NCBI GenBank assembly: GCA_963682135.1
Contig: OY821645.1
Span: 64,001 to 128,000, forward strand
Direction: 5' to 3'
Length of the DNA: 64,000 bases
DNA from: Methanothrix sp.
Lineage (GTDB): Archaea; Halobacteriota; Methanosarcinia; Methanotrichales; Methanotrichaceae
This document shows positions 36,543-46,401 of the stretch, piece by piece; position 1 is the stretch's first letter, and each line of letters starts with the position of its first letter. The translations under genes and the position numbers were made by a program. The notes beneath the pieces are model-generated. The model did not search any database and was not told the origin of the DNA. It was given only the letters and a program-made list of their open reading frames with translations.

Positions 36543-39019
36543 TGGAGCTGATACTGCTCCCGGTTTTCTTTTCCTACTCCTTGCGACAGATGTTCCAGAT
36601 TTTCATTGAGAAGGAACCTTGAGTCTCCGATGAGGATCACATTCCCCTGGCCTACATTTTTCTGAATAATCAGATTATAGGCGACGCCATTGTAGCGCAT
36701 CCATGCAATCGGCTTATACTCACCATCCGCCTGGACCGGATAGGCCTCCATGAACTTGGGTTTATGCCAGTACCGTTTCAGATTTTCCTGGGATACGATT
36801 GCCTGTCCTCCGGTAGCGTGGGTTTCTTCAATCCAGGGAAACGAGCCCAGAGGAAGGTCTCCAATCCCAAGGCCAAAAGACTTCAATATCAAGTCCATGG
36901 GACCGGCGCTTTTATGACCGGCGCACAGGATCAGCAAACCACCAGCCTCTACGAATTCTTTGATTTCCAGGGCATCTTTTGCAGTATAGTCTTCATTGGG
37001 AGCAATTATGATCGCAACCGACCCTTTGTGGATATCGGAAATGCTATTGTCTTTCTGCAAAATCTGAGGCAAAAAACCATTTCGAAAGAGATTCAAGGTC
37101 AATCCTGCCACGCCGTCATCTCGGTAGTTCTCCAGATTGAACTGGTTTAGATGAGTGTAATCTATCCAGGCCACGTCCACCAGAGGCTCTTCTGCAGCTT
37201 TCATCAAAGAATTATTGATGCTTGCGGCAAGTCCCAGTGAGAGGGCCGCTGCCAAAGCGAGATATATCAGGAATCGCAGAGAAATTTTAATTCTATATAT
37301 ATAAGCTGCAAGGGCAAAAAGAAGGAAAATGGATGCATAGTATTGATAGGCAGCATAATCTGATTCGCGGCTTGTCAACCAGGATGCGGAATTGTAGACC
37401 AGGTTATATCTAAACGGCAATTCATTATTGAATATATAAGATGTGTCCCCAAATACCAGCACCTTTCCCTTGCCATAGGTATCGCATGCTGCAATGACCA
37501 GGTCGCCTAGGACTTCGCCTGGTTCATAAATCCTGTCTCCGAGGTGTCCTGGCGTACTCTGATTGGATTTGTCCGAAAAAGCGAACCGTCCTATGATCAG
37601 GGGCCTGGCCTTGCCGCTAAGACTTAGAGATGCGCCTACGGATGATGTGGTCAGATCAAAATCCAAATCTCTGGTGACCGGATGGGGAAGGGCTGTGGCA
37701 GCGTACTGCCAGTGTTCCGGGATATAGTCCGCGGTGTCGGAATTGATTCTAATTCCGGTTGGGTCAAGCACATCATTCAGATAATCTCTTCCGGATGCAA
37801 AATCTTGATCCGGGACAAACATAGATGTATGCTCGGCAAAGACCAGAAGGCTCCCGCCATTTTTCACAAATTCTCTAATTCTCTGCAGATCGGTGGATGA
37901 GAATCCCTTTTTGAGGTTGAGCAGTATTAGAATATTGGCATCTTTTAGGGCGTCTTTCAATTCACGAGAATTTGTCGAGTTCAGGCTCTCTACCACTCCG
38001 CCCATATTCTCCAAATATCGCTTTATAGCTCCCACGGAAAAACCATCGTTCGGTGCAAAGGATTGATTTGCCTCTGGAAAGTTTGGAATATCAAATCCCA
38101 TCTCACTGTCCTTTTCATAAATCACTGCCCTGCCTATCCCCTCAGAATTAGAATAGGGAACTGTCGCTATTAGTAATATGGCAAAGAAGAGTGCTATTAA
38201 GATGGCCCCCTGCCCTGGCGATGGGACCCAGTTTCCAGGGTCAAGTGATTTGATCTTCATCTTTGATACAAAAATCAAGAATGGTATCATTAGCACAAAA
38301 AATATGAGAAATATGTGGTCAATATATTTATCCGCGCTGGACCAAATCCCAAGAACGGTCAGGAAATAGACCGCATAGAGCATTGCAAACCCCATCATGA
38401 CCGCAATTAATGCCTTGATCGGATGGGATGATCTCTTTTCGGATAATATAAAAAAGGAGACGACGCAGCAGAGAAACGTCAGAAAAATAAATGTGCCGCT
38501 GATAGTAGGACCGAGAGAGAGGGGGATGCCCTCAAGTCTGCCAAAAAAAGCAGATGCGGTTAATGATAATGATGTGAAGAATCTCCCGAAGAATGAATCA
38601 TTAATATTATATATATACAAGATTGAGTAAAATAGACTGCCCAATGCCAGAGCGGATATATATGGCTCATCTTCTCCTGCCGATCTCAAGAGCAGATCAA
38701 ATCCACAGATGAATATAATTAAGCTTAATATCCAGAATTCCGGTTTATCTATGCTTACCAGAGCTGCAAATGATAATAATATCAGAGATACGCCGGCAAC
38801 AGAAATAGAATTGATCTGTAGCTTTGTTAATGAGCTAATGTATGCTATCAGTAGTACGACCAGGCACAATATTCCGCAGACCCGCAGAAATATTGGCGAA
38901 GCGTACCCCATGTTGAGAGAAAAAAGGTTCAGGGAAAGCATAATTAATATAATTGAGGCCAATCTTTTGATAACGATAATTGCCTCCGTTGATGGACCTA
39001 TCATGAAATAGTCAAGCAC
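36497..39019 (-). CDS. Large polytopic membrane protein with two GATase-like domains
   Basis: About 9 N-terminal TMs. FVKNGGSLLVFAEHT, YGKGKVLVFGDTS, FVEAGGLLI and GQGNVILIGDSRFL. Same architecture as its neighbour. Confidence 0.7.
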   Translation of the reverse strand: MLDYFMIGPSTEAIIVIKRLASIILIMLSLNLFSLNMGYASPIFLRVCGILCLVVLLIAYISSLTKLQINSISVAGVSLILLSFAALVSIDKPEFWILSLIIFICGFDLLLRSAGEDEPYISALALGSLFYSILYIYNINDSFFGRFFTSLSLTASAFFGRLEGIPLSLGPTISGTFIFLTFLCCVVSFFILSEKRSSHPIKALIAVMMGFAMLYAVYFLTVLGIWSSADKYIDHIFLIFFVLMIPFLIFVSKMKIKSLDPGNWVPSPGQGAILIALFFAILLIATVPYSNSEGIGRAVIYEKDSEMGFDIPNFPEANQSFAPNDGFSVGAIKRYLENMGGVVESLNSTNSRELKDALKDANILILLNLKKGFSSTDLQRIREFVKNGGSLLVFAEHTSMFVPDQDFASGRDYLNDVLDPTGIRINSDTADYIPEHWQYAATALPHPVTRDLDFDLTTSSVGASLSLSGKARPLIIGRFAFSDKSNQSTPGHLGDRIYEPGEVLGDLVIAACDTYGKGKVLVFGDTSYIFNNELPFRYNLVYNSASWLTSRESDYAAYQYYASIFLLFALAAYIYRIKISLRFLIYLALAAALSLGLAASINNSLMKAAEEPLVDVAWIDYTHLNQFNLENYRDDGVAGLTLNLFRNGFLPQILQKDNSISDIHKGSVAIIIAPNEDYTAKDALEIKEFVEAGGLLILCAGHKSAGPMDLILKSFGLGIGDLPLGSFPWIEETHATGGQAIVSQENLKRYWHKPKFMEAYPVQADGEYKPIAWMRYNGVAYNLIIQKNVGQGNVILIGDSRFLLNENLEHLSQGVGKENREQYQLQWLGNIELLQKILTM

Positions 39020-39226
39020 TCCTCAAGGCGATCTATTACCGTTCGTGTGTTCTTTAAGGTATTATATTTTTTTTTGTTATCTTCTTTGTAGATATAAGTC
39101 TTCCGCCTTTTATCAATTCCGAAAGGTACTTATATGGAACAGTGCAAAAAGATGTAAAGGTTCATTGAGCGCTTCAATTGTATTTGCATCCGTTGGGCTG
39201 GAGTCATATCTGCGGGAGGGTTAGGA

Positions 39227-40504
39227 ATGATACGGGAACGATTGTCGTTGGTCATAGTCTTTTCTTTATTATCAATATGTATCGCTACAGCTTCGTCGGA
39301 GGCGGGATCTGATGCTAATTCAATTTCAGCAAGCAACACGCCTCTATTTGATTACAGATACAATCAGGTTGCAGAAGATTTAGGACTCTTGAAAAACGGC
39401 GCTTCCGAAAGCAAACTTGAATATGGGAGCATTGAGACTGCAAGCTTAACCCCTCTGGATATCCCTCAGAAAAAAGGCTGTAGACTCCAAATCAAGCAAG
39501 CTGACCTCACAATGGGTGTCTGCCAGTGGGAGACCGAGCAGACCTGCTTTGATAGCTGCGGCAGCACCTGTTCTGGTACCTGCGGCGGAACTTGCGGTAA
39601 CACATGTGGTGACACTTGTAGTGGTACCTGTTTGCTCAGCTGCCGGACTTGCATTCTCTCGTGCGGTGCAGACACCTGCGGCAGCACCTGCCAGGATAGC
39701 TGCGGTGGTTGCGGTCAAACATTGAGTTACACATGTGGGGATACTTGCGGGAATACCTGCAGAGACACTTGCATACGCACCTGTAGCAACACCTGTGCAA
39801 ATACATGTGGGCAAACGTGTCGCGGCACTTGTGCACGCACTTGCAGCAACACCTGTGCAAACACTTGTGGTCAAACTTGTGCCAATACATGTGGACAAAC
39901 CTGTCACAACACTTGCTTTGCCACCTGTCAGATGACCTGTGCCCGAACATGTCTGGCGACATGCTCGGCTACTTGCGCAGCTACTTGCCTGGCCACCTGC
40001 CAGCCGACATGTTCCGCTACTTGCGGCCCATATTGCGCAGGATCTCAAGCGGCTGCTCCTCTCAGTTCAAACGCTCCCCCGATGGCAAAGTCATCAACCA
40101 AGGCCCCTTTAATGGCGGAACAAAATTCGCTCAGGTCCTACAATGTTGTGGCAAATCCGCCGACATCGGTCAGTTATTTGGGAGCATATATTCCCTGGAC
40201 AGTCTTCCAGCAAAGCTTCTCTGGAAAAGAGATCTACGCCTGGGTTGAGACTGAGGGTGGCTGGGATATAGTCGCAAAGACACCAAAAGGCACATGGGTG
40301 CGCGAGTTCGTTTTCGTTCCGTCAAATGGAAATATGATCTTAAATGAAATCGCACCTGATGGAAATACTCGCAGCCAGAAATTCGAACAGGTAGTAGAGG
40401 GATACAAATATATCTGGATCTATGCGGGAAATCCGGGATATTACGTAAGCACTTTCGGAAATATTGACCAAAAAGGCAACAATGTGACCCTCGAAGTTTA
40501 CTGA
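39227..40504 (+). CDS. Secreted protein with a long CXXX (mostly T-C-x-x) repeat tract and a C-terminal beta domain
   Basis: Signal peptide and ~42 Cys at 4-residue spacing (about 39520-40036). C-terminus ends GNNVTLEVY. Confidence 0.8.
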   Translation: MIRERLSLVIVFSLLSICIATASSEAGSDANSISASNTPLFDYRYNQVAEDLGLLKNGASESKLEYGSIETASLTPLDIPQKKGCRLQIKQADLTMGVCQWETEQTCFDSCGSTCSGTCGGTCGNTCGDTCSGTCLLSCRTCILSCGADTCGSTCQDSCGGCGQTLSYTCGDTCGNTCRDTCIRTCSNTCANTCGQTCRGTCARTCSNTCANTCGQTCANTCGQTCHNTCFATCQMTCARTCLATCSATCAATCLATCQPTCSATCGPYCAGSQAAAPLSSNAPPMAKSSTKAPLMAEQNSLRSYNVVANPPTSVSYLGAYIPWTVFQQSFSGKEIYAWVETEGGWDIVAKTPKGTWVREFVFVPSNGNMILNEIAPDGNTRSQKFEQVVEGYKYIWIYAGNPGYYVSTFGNIDQKGNNVTLEVY

Positions 40505-40606
40505 AAAAAGCAATCAGGGTGTCCCAATGAGACATTAAGTGCGAAACCGCGCTCAAGGGATGCTCCCCTATTTCTTTGCTCCAATTAAAAGCTTTGGCAG
40601 TACTCC

Positions 40607-41803
40607 CTAAACGCAGATGTTGTCGATATCGGAAAACGTGTGCTGTACAGTATTCTTTTTCAGGTTCAGGCACCTTCTGGCCGCTTGCACTGCTTTTTCT
40701 CGATCTTCATCCCGACAGTAGATGCCGAAGCGCCAGGTAGCCCTGTGGGCTCTCTCCAGAATGCTGACCAGAGGAGAGACATCTCGCAGGGGTCTTACTT
40801 CTCCTTCCACAAGAGCCGGAAAGTTGCCCTCTGGTGTATCCATAAGCGCCGGATTATCCACCAGAATGTAATCGGCATCTATCCCAGCTTCATGGGCAAT
40901 CTCCTGGCCCAGCGTCTTCTCACTTACCTTGAGAATTGAGGGGTCAAGACGTTCCAGGCCAACGTAAACCGCCCGCTTGAATATTCTCCTCGATCGGATG
41001 CGCCAAGCCATCTCAGCCGCATAGCCGCCAGACCGATCCAGGGAATTGAAGAGCTCTATGTCATCCATATCTTTCACGCTGCAAGCACTGGTCCCCTCTT
41101 CAATCATGTGCCGGATGGCTGCGGCTATCATGCACTCCGATATGCGGCAGACATGATGATAATAAACGGATGGATGCATGAGCAGCCGAGAAATGAGCAG
41201 AGATGTCGCCGCCTGCACGCCTCCTGCCTCCACCACCAGCTCTCCACTGTGCAGAGTCATCTTTTGCAGCAGACGCAGTCGATCTATTACTCCGTAAGCT
41301 ACGCCCGTGTAATGAGCATCTCTGATCAAGTAGTCCATCCTATCCACATCGATCTCGCCGCTCACGATCTGCCCCAGGCCGACTCCATTTACAGCGGCCT
41401 GGATCTCGGAGGCTTTCAGGCCGTATTTGTCTAAAACCGCCCGCAGTTCGCCTTTCTTCAGAATATCAATGATGCTCTCGTGCTCCTTTCGCAGGTAGGG
41501 GGCAAGAGCTGCTTCTGTGGCATGAGATAGCGGTCCATGGCCTACGTCATGCAGAAGCGCTGCGGCGCCTACCAGCATCCTATCCTCTTCCGGCAGGCCA
41601 AGATGGTTCGCGAGCAGATCCGCCAGGTGATAGGCACCCAGGCTGTGCTCGAAGCGAGTATGGTTGGCACCGGGATAGACCAGGCTTGCCAGTCCTAGCT
41701 GCTTAATCCAGCGCAATCGCTGCATCTGGGGTGTGTCTGCGATTTCCAGGGCAAGGCCTTCCAGCAACACATAACCGTGCACGGGGTCTCGGATCTCGGT
41801 CAT
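40607..41803 (-). CDS. HD-domain phosphohydrolase (dNTPase/YdhJ-like)
   Basis: RDPVHG, QRLRWIKQLG, HTRFEHSLG, LLHDVGHGPLSH and DVDRMDYL. Confidence 0.92.
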   Translation of the reverse strand: MTEIRDPVHGYVLLEGLALEIADTPQMQRLRWIKQLGLASLVYPGANHTRFEHSLGAYHLADLLANHLGLPEEDRMLVGAAALLHDVGHGPLSHATEAALAPYLRKEHESIIDILKKGELRAVLDKYGLKASEIQAAVNGVGLGQIVSGEIDVDRMDYLIRDAHYTGVAYGVIDRLRLLQKMTLHSGELVVEAGGVQAATSLLISRLLMHPSVYYHHVCRISECMIAAAIRHMIEEGTSACSVKDMDDIELFNSLDRSGGYAAEMAWRIRSRRIFKRAVYVGLERLDPSILKVSEKTLGQEIAHEAGIDADYILVDNPALMDTPEGNFPALVEGEVRPLRDVSPLVSILERAHRATWRFGIYCRDEDREKAVQAARRCLNLKKNTVQHTFSDIDNICV

Positions 41804-42056
41804 CAGGCATAGCTGTGAGTTTCCTTACATTAAATATTAGTGTCCCAAATTTTTAGATACATTTATATACCAATGCCGGATTGTCCATTCCTCTCATGGA
41901 GTCAATTCCTGGCATGGCAGGTGTCTTTGTGAGGATTTGCAGACATTCTTCTTTGTCAAGAGATTCTATATCCGGCCAACGTGCCTGATAATTTCAGAAA
42001 CAATTAAGTCTGATAAGATAATCTCCTTAATATTATTTCATCCGAAGGCGACATAA

Positions 42057-43760
42057 ATGTCAATGGAATTTGGTTACATTATCCTGTTGTTAGGCACCCT
42101 GATAGTTCTGGCGTTGCCTGCGGGAAGATATATTGCGAAAATCTTCAACGGCGAGCCCACCCCAGTTACACCTCTCATTCGGCCAGTCGAACGGGCGTTT
42201 TACAGGATGGCGGGTGTGGATGAGACGAGAGAGATGTCCTGGAGGAGATACGTTGCCGCCCTCCTGATCTTCAATGCCCTGGGTCTGGCTGCCGTATTTT
42301 TGCTGCAGGAACTGCAGGGCTTTTTTCCTCTCAATCCTCAAAACCTGGGGGCAGTTCGTTGGGATACGGCTATCAACACCGCCGTCTCCTTCACCACCAA
42401 CACCAACTGGCAGGCTTATAGCGGGGAACAGACGATGAGCTACCTCACCCAAATGCTGGGCTTGACTGTGCAAAATTTCCTCTCGGCTGCTGTGGGGCTA
42501 TCTGCAGCCATGGCCGTCATTCGAGGCTTCACCCGCAAGAATGCCGCCACCCTGGGGAATTTCTGGGTCGACCTCACCCGGTCGGTGCTCTATCTGCTGC
42601 TTCCCCTGGCATTCATCTGGGCTCTACTATTTGCATCCCAAGGCGTAATTCAGACCCTGGGACCCAATGTCATCGCCCATACGATCGAGGGAGATGAGCA
42701 GGTTATCTCTTTGGGGCCCGTAGCTTCGCAGGAGGCCATTAAGCTCCTGGGAACCAACGGAGGCGGCTTCTTCAATGCCAACTCCGCCCATCCTTTTGAG
42801 AATCCCACACCTATCACGGATTTCCTGGAGGTGTTGGCCATGCTGCTCATAGCGGCATCGCTTCCTTTCGCCTTTGGCGCATTGGTCAATAATCCAAAAC
42901 AGGGTTGGGCCATATTTGCGGCCATGTTCATTCTCTATCTCATGGGCTTGGGCTTCGCCCTCTGGGCAGAAGGACAGGGGAGCCCTCTGCTGGAGAAGCT
43001 GGGCGTGGCCGGCGGAGTCAATATGGAAGGAAAAGAGGTACGCTTCGGCGTAGCGGCATCGGTGCTCTTTGCCCATTCCACTACAGTAACCTCCGATGGG
43101 GCTGTGAACAGCATGCACGAGAGCATGATGCCTCTAACCGGCCTGGTTCTGCTATTCAATATGGTCATCGGCGAGGTGATATTCGGCGGAGTCGGTGTGG
43201 GACTGATAGGCATTTTCTTCTATGCCATCATGACCATGTTCTTGGCCGGCCTCATGATAGGCCGCACTCCTGAGCTCTTCGGCAAAAAACTTGAGCCCTT
43301 CGAGATGAGAATGGCAGTCATCGGTCTGCTGGCTCCTTCCATCGTTCTGCTGATGCTTGCCAGCCTGGCCATAATCCTGCCCCAGGGTCTCTTTAGTCTG
43401 AACAACGGCGGGCCGCATGGACTCACAGAGATACTCTATGCCTTCGCCTCAGCCTGCGGCAATAACGGGTCCGCCTTTGCCGGCCTGAATGCCAATACCG
43501 CCTTTTACAATCTTACTCTGGCACTGGCTATGCTGGTAGGCAGATTTGCCACGATATTGCCGGCACTGGCCATAGCCGGCTCCCTGGCGGCAAAGAGGAT
43601 AGTGCCTGCCAGCACGGCTACCTTCCCTGTCGCCAGTCCGCTCTTCGTGATCATGTTGGTCGGCACGATCATCATAGTCGGGGCTCTGACCTTCTTCCCC
43701 GTCTTTGTGCTTGGACCCATACTCGAGCACCTGATGATGTCGGCAGGCAGGACTTTTTGA
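42057..43760 (+). CDS. kdpA: K+-transporting ATPase subunit A
   Basis: [24 protein letters not shown] and NNGSAFAG. Confidence 0.97.
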   Translation: MSMEFGYIILLLGTLIVLALPAGRYIAKIFNGEPTPVTPLIRPVERAFYRMAGVDETREMSWRRYVAALLIFNALGLAAVFLLQELQGFFPLNPQNLGAVRWDTAINTAVSFTTNTNWQAYSGEQTMSYLTQMLGLTVQNFLSAAVGLSAAMAVIRGFTRKNAATLGNFWVDLTRSVLYLLLPLAFIWALLFASQGVIQTLGPNVIAHTIEGDEQVISLGPVASQEAIKLLGTNGGGFFNANSAHPFENPTPITDFLEVLAMLLIAASLPFAFGALVNNPKQGWAIFAAMFILYLMGLGFALWAEGQGSPLLEKLGVAGGVNMEGKEVRFGVAASVLFAHSTTVTSDGAVNSMHESMMPLTGLVLLFNMVIGEVIFGGVGVGLIGIFFYAIMTMFLAGLMIGRTPELFGKKLEPFEMRMAVIGLLAPSIVLLMLASLAIILPQGLFSLNNGGPHGLTEILYAFASACGNNGSAFAGLNANTAFYNLTLALAMLVGRFATILPALAIAGSLAAKRIVPASTATFPVASPLFVIMLVGTIIIVGALTFFPVFVLGPILEHLMMSAGRTF

Positions 43761-43771
43761 GGAGGGATCAT

Positions 43772-45808
43772 ATGCACATCAATAAGTCCGATTTATGGCA
43801 GACGTCCCAGATAAAACAGGCCATTTCGAATTCCATCCCCAAGCTGGACCCGCGCCGCCTCTGGCGCAGCCCAGTAATGCTCGCCGTGGAGATGGGTGCC
43901 ATCCTGACCACTCTGATCACGGCGCGCGATTTGATCTGGGGTGGGGACGCGGCATTGGACGGCCAGATCAGCCTTTGGCTGTGGTTTACTGTACTCTTTG
44001 CCAACTTCGCTGAGGCTCTGGCAGAAGGACGGGGCCGGGCTCAGGCTGAGACTCTTCGTCAGGCGAAGAGCGAGGCCGTAGCCAGCAGACTGTTGGCTAA
44101 TGGCAAGATCGAGCAGGTAGCGGCTCAGCTGCTTGTTAAAGGCGATCTTGTCCTGGCTAAGGACGGCGATACCATTCCCAGCGACGGCGAGATCGTAGAG
44201 GGGGTCTCGCTGGTAGACGAATCAGCCATCACGGGCGAATCAGCGCCCGTAGTTCGCGAGGCCGGAGGCGACCTGTGTGGCGTCACAGGCGGCACAAGAG
44301 TCCTCTCCGGGAAGGTCAAGATCCTCATCACAGCGCAGCCTGGTAATACCTTCCTGGACCAGATGATAGGAATGGTGGAGAGCGCCAAACGCCAGAAAAC
44401 TCCCAATGAGCAGGCCCTGGAGATACTGCTCATAGGTCTTACCGGGCTATTCATGGTGGTTGTAATCACCCTCAATGTCTTTGCCGGGTACATGGGTATC
44501 ATCGTTCCCGTACCTGTACTGGTGGCGCTGCTGGTTTGCCTGATGCCTACCACAATCGGAGGCCTGTTGCCCGCCATCGGCATCGCCGGCATGGACCGGC
44601 TGCTTTCTCATAATGTCATCGCCATGAGCGGCAGGGCCGTGGAGGCCTCGGGCGACGTGGATGTGGTGCTCATGGACAAGACCGGTACCATCACCCTGGG
44701 AAACAGGATGGCCACCCAGTTCCTGCCCGCTGAGGGAGTGACGAAGGAGGAGCTGGCTTTGGCGGCGATGTACTCCTCCCTGGCGGACGAGACGCCTGAA
44801 GGCCGCAGCATAGTGGACTTATGCAAGGAGACTCTGGGTATCCGCGGCAGGGATATACGGGCGCCAGAGGCTAGCGTATTTATCCCCTTCAGCGCTGAGA
44901 CCCGCATGAGCGGCATAGACTGGGATAGTCGGCTGATCAGAAAAGGTGCACACGATGCCATAGGGCAATATGTAGAGAATCTAGGTGGCAGTATGCCGGA
45001 GGGCATCAGGGTTGCCGTGGAGAGCATCGCCCGGGAAGGCGGAACGCCATTGGTTGTGGCGGAAGGATCCAGAATCTTGGGTGCCATTCGATTGAAGGAT
45101 GTGCTGAAAACCGGTATCAAAGATCGATTGTCAAATTTGCGAAAAGTCGGCATTCGCTCCGTCATGATCACAGGAGACAATCCCATGACGGCAGCAGCCA
45201 TCGCCGCAGAAGCGGGAATCGATGACTTTATCGGCCAGGCTCGTCCCGAGGTCAAGCTGGAGGCCATTCGAAAGTATCAGAGGGAAGGTCACCTGGTGGC
45301 AATGATTGGAGACGGCACCAACGATGCTCCGGCTCTGGCCCAGGCCGATGTGGCCGTGGCCATGAATGCAGGAACACAGGCTGCCAGAGAGGCGGCCAAC
45401 ATGGTGGACCTGGATTCCAATCCTGCTAAACTGCTGGACATAGTGGAGATCGGTAAACAGATCCTGATCACACGAGGGGCGCTGACCACATTTAGCGTGG
45501 CCAATGATGTCTCCAAGTACTTTGCCATTATTCCTGCCATATTTGCGGCCGAATATCCCATGCTAAGTGTGCTGAACATCATGCATCTGGCAACTCCGAG
45601 CAGCGCTGTGCTTTCTGCGATTATATTCAATGCCATTATCATCCCTCTCTTGATACCGCTATCATTGCGGGGTGTGCGCTATACACCCACGACGGCCTCA
45701 CAACTGCTGAGACGCAATTTGCTATTCTATGGCCTGGGCGGACTGGCCGTGCCTTTTGTGGGCATCAAGCTGATCGATATGCTGGTTATTTTCCTGCATT
45801 TGGAGTGA
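43772..45808 (+). CDS. kdpB: K+-transporting ATPase subunit B
   Basis: TGES, PTTIG, DKTGT, TGDN and GDGTND. Confidence 0.97.
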   Translation: MHINKSDLWQTSQIKQAISNSIPKLDPRRLWRSPVMLAVEMGAILTTLITARDLIWGGDAALDGQISLWLWFTVLFANFAEALAEGRGRAQAETLRQAKSEAVASRLLANGKIEQVAAQLLVKGDLVLAKDGDTIPSDGEIVEGVSLVDESAITGESAPVVREAGGDLCGVTGGTRVLSGKVKILITAQPGNTFLDQMIGMVESAKRQKTPNEQALEILLIGLTGLFMVVVITLNVFAGYMGIIVPVPVLVALLVCLMPTTIGGLLPAIGIAGMDRLLSHNVIAMSGRAVEASGDVDVVLMDKTGTITLGNRMATQFLPAEGVTKEELALAAMYSSLADETPEGRSIVDLCKETLGIRGRDIRAPEASVFIPFSAETRMSGIDWDSRLIRKGAHDAIGQYVENLGGSMPEGIRVAVESIAREGGTPLVVAEGSRILGAIRLKDVLKTGIKDRLSNLRKVGIRSVMITGDNPMTAAAIAAEAGIDDFIGQARPEVKLEAIRKYQREGHLVAMIGDGTNDAPALAQADVAVAMNAGTQAAREAANMVDLDSNPAKLLDIVEIGKQILITRGALTTFSVANDVSKYFAIIPAIFAAEYPMLSVLNIMHLATPSSAVLSAIIFNAIIIPLLIPLSLRGVRYTPTTASQLLRRNLLFYGLGGLAVPFVGIKLIDMLVIFLHLE

Positions 45809-46398
45809 GGAAGATGTTCGAATATGCCAAAGAAATAAGGCCTGCAGTGATTCTGTTTATGGCCTTCTCTCTGCTCACCGGTCTTGCCTATCCTTTATTC
45901 ATAACCGGCATAGTCCAGACTGCCCTGCCTGCCAAGGCAGCAGGGAGCCTGTTGATAGTTGACGGCAGAATCGTAGGCTCAGAACTCATCGGCCAGACTT
46001 TCCAGAGCCCCGGTTACTTCCATGGACGGCCTTCGTATGTCAACTACAGTGCCAGCGACTCAGGTGCCAGCAACCTCGGGCCAACCAGTGTCAGGCTCAT
46101 GGAAGAGGTGAGCCGAAGGATAGATCAAGTCCGGCGCGAGAATAGTCTGCCTAATGATCTGAGCGTGCCCGCCGATCTGGTCATGAATTCCGGCAGCGGC
46201 CTGGACCCGCACATAAGCCGACAGGGTGCATTGGATCAGGTGGCGCGCGTGGCCGAAGCGAGAGGTCTGGCGCATTCTGTGGTGCAGGCGCGAATCGACC
46301 AGAATGTTGAGCCTGCCATGCTTGGCATACTGGGGCAGGAGAGGGTGAATGTGCTCAAGCTTAACCTGAACCTGGATGACATGACAAAGGAGAGTTAG
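45805..46398 (+). CDS. kdpC: K+-transporting ATPase subunit C
   Basis: [24 protein letters not shown] and VNVLKLN. Confidence 0.96.
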   Translation: MRKMFEYAKEIRPAVILFMAFSLLTGLAYPLFITGIVQTALPAKAAGSLLIVDGRIVGSELIGQTFQSPGYFHGRPSYVNYSASDSGASNLGPTSVRLMEEVSRRIDQVRRENSLPNDLSVPADLVMNSGSGLDPHISRQGALDQVARVAEARGLAHSVVQARIDQNVEPAMLGILGQERVNVLKLNLNLDDMTKES

Positions 46399-46401
46399 AG
46401 A

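Noticed and set aside
41896-41990. kdpF upstream of kdpA
   Set aside because: The short ORF MESIPGMAGVFVRICRH lacks the hydrophobic helix and YL..ALL.PE.F pattern.
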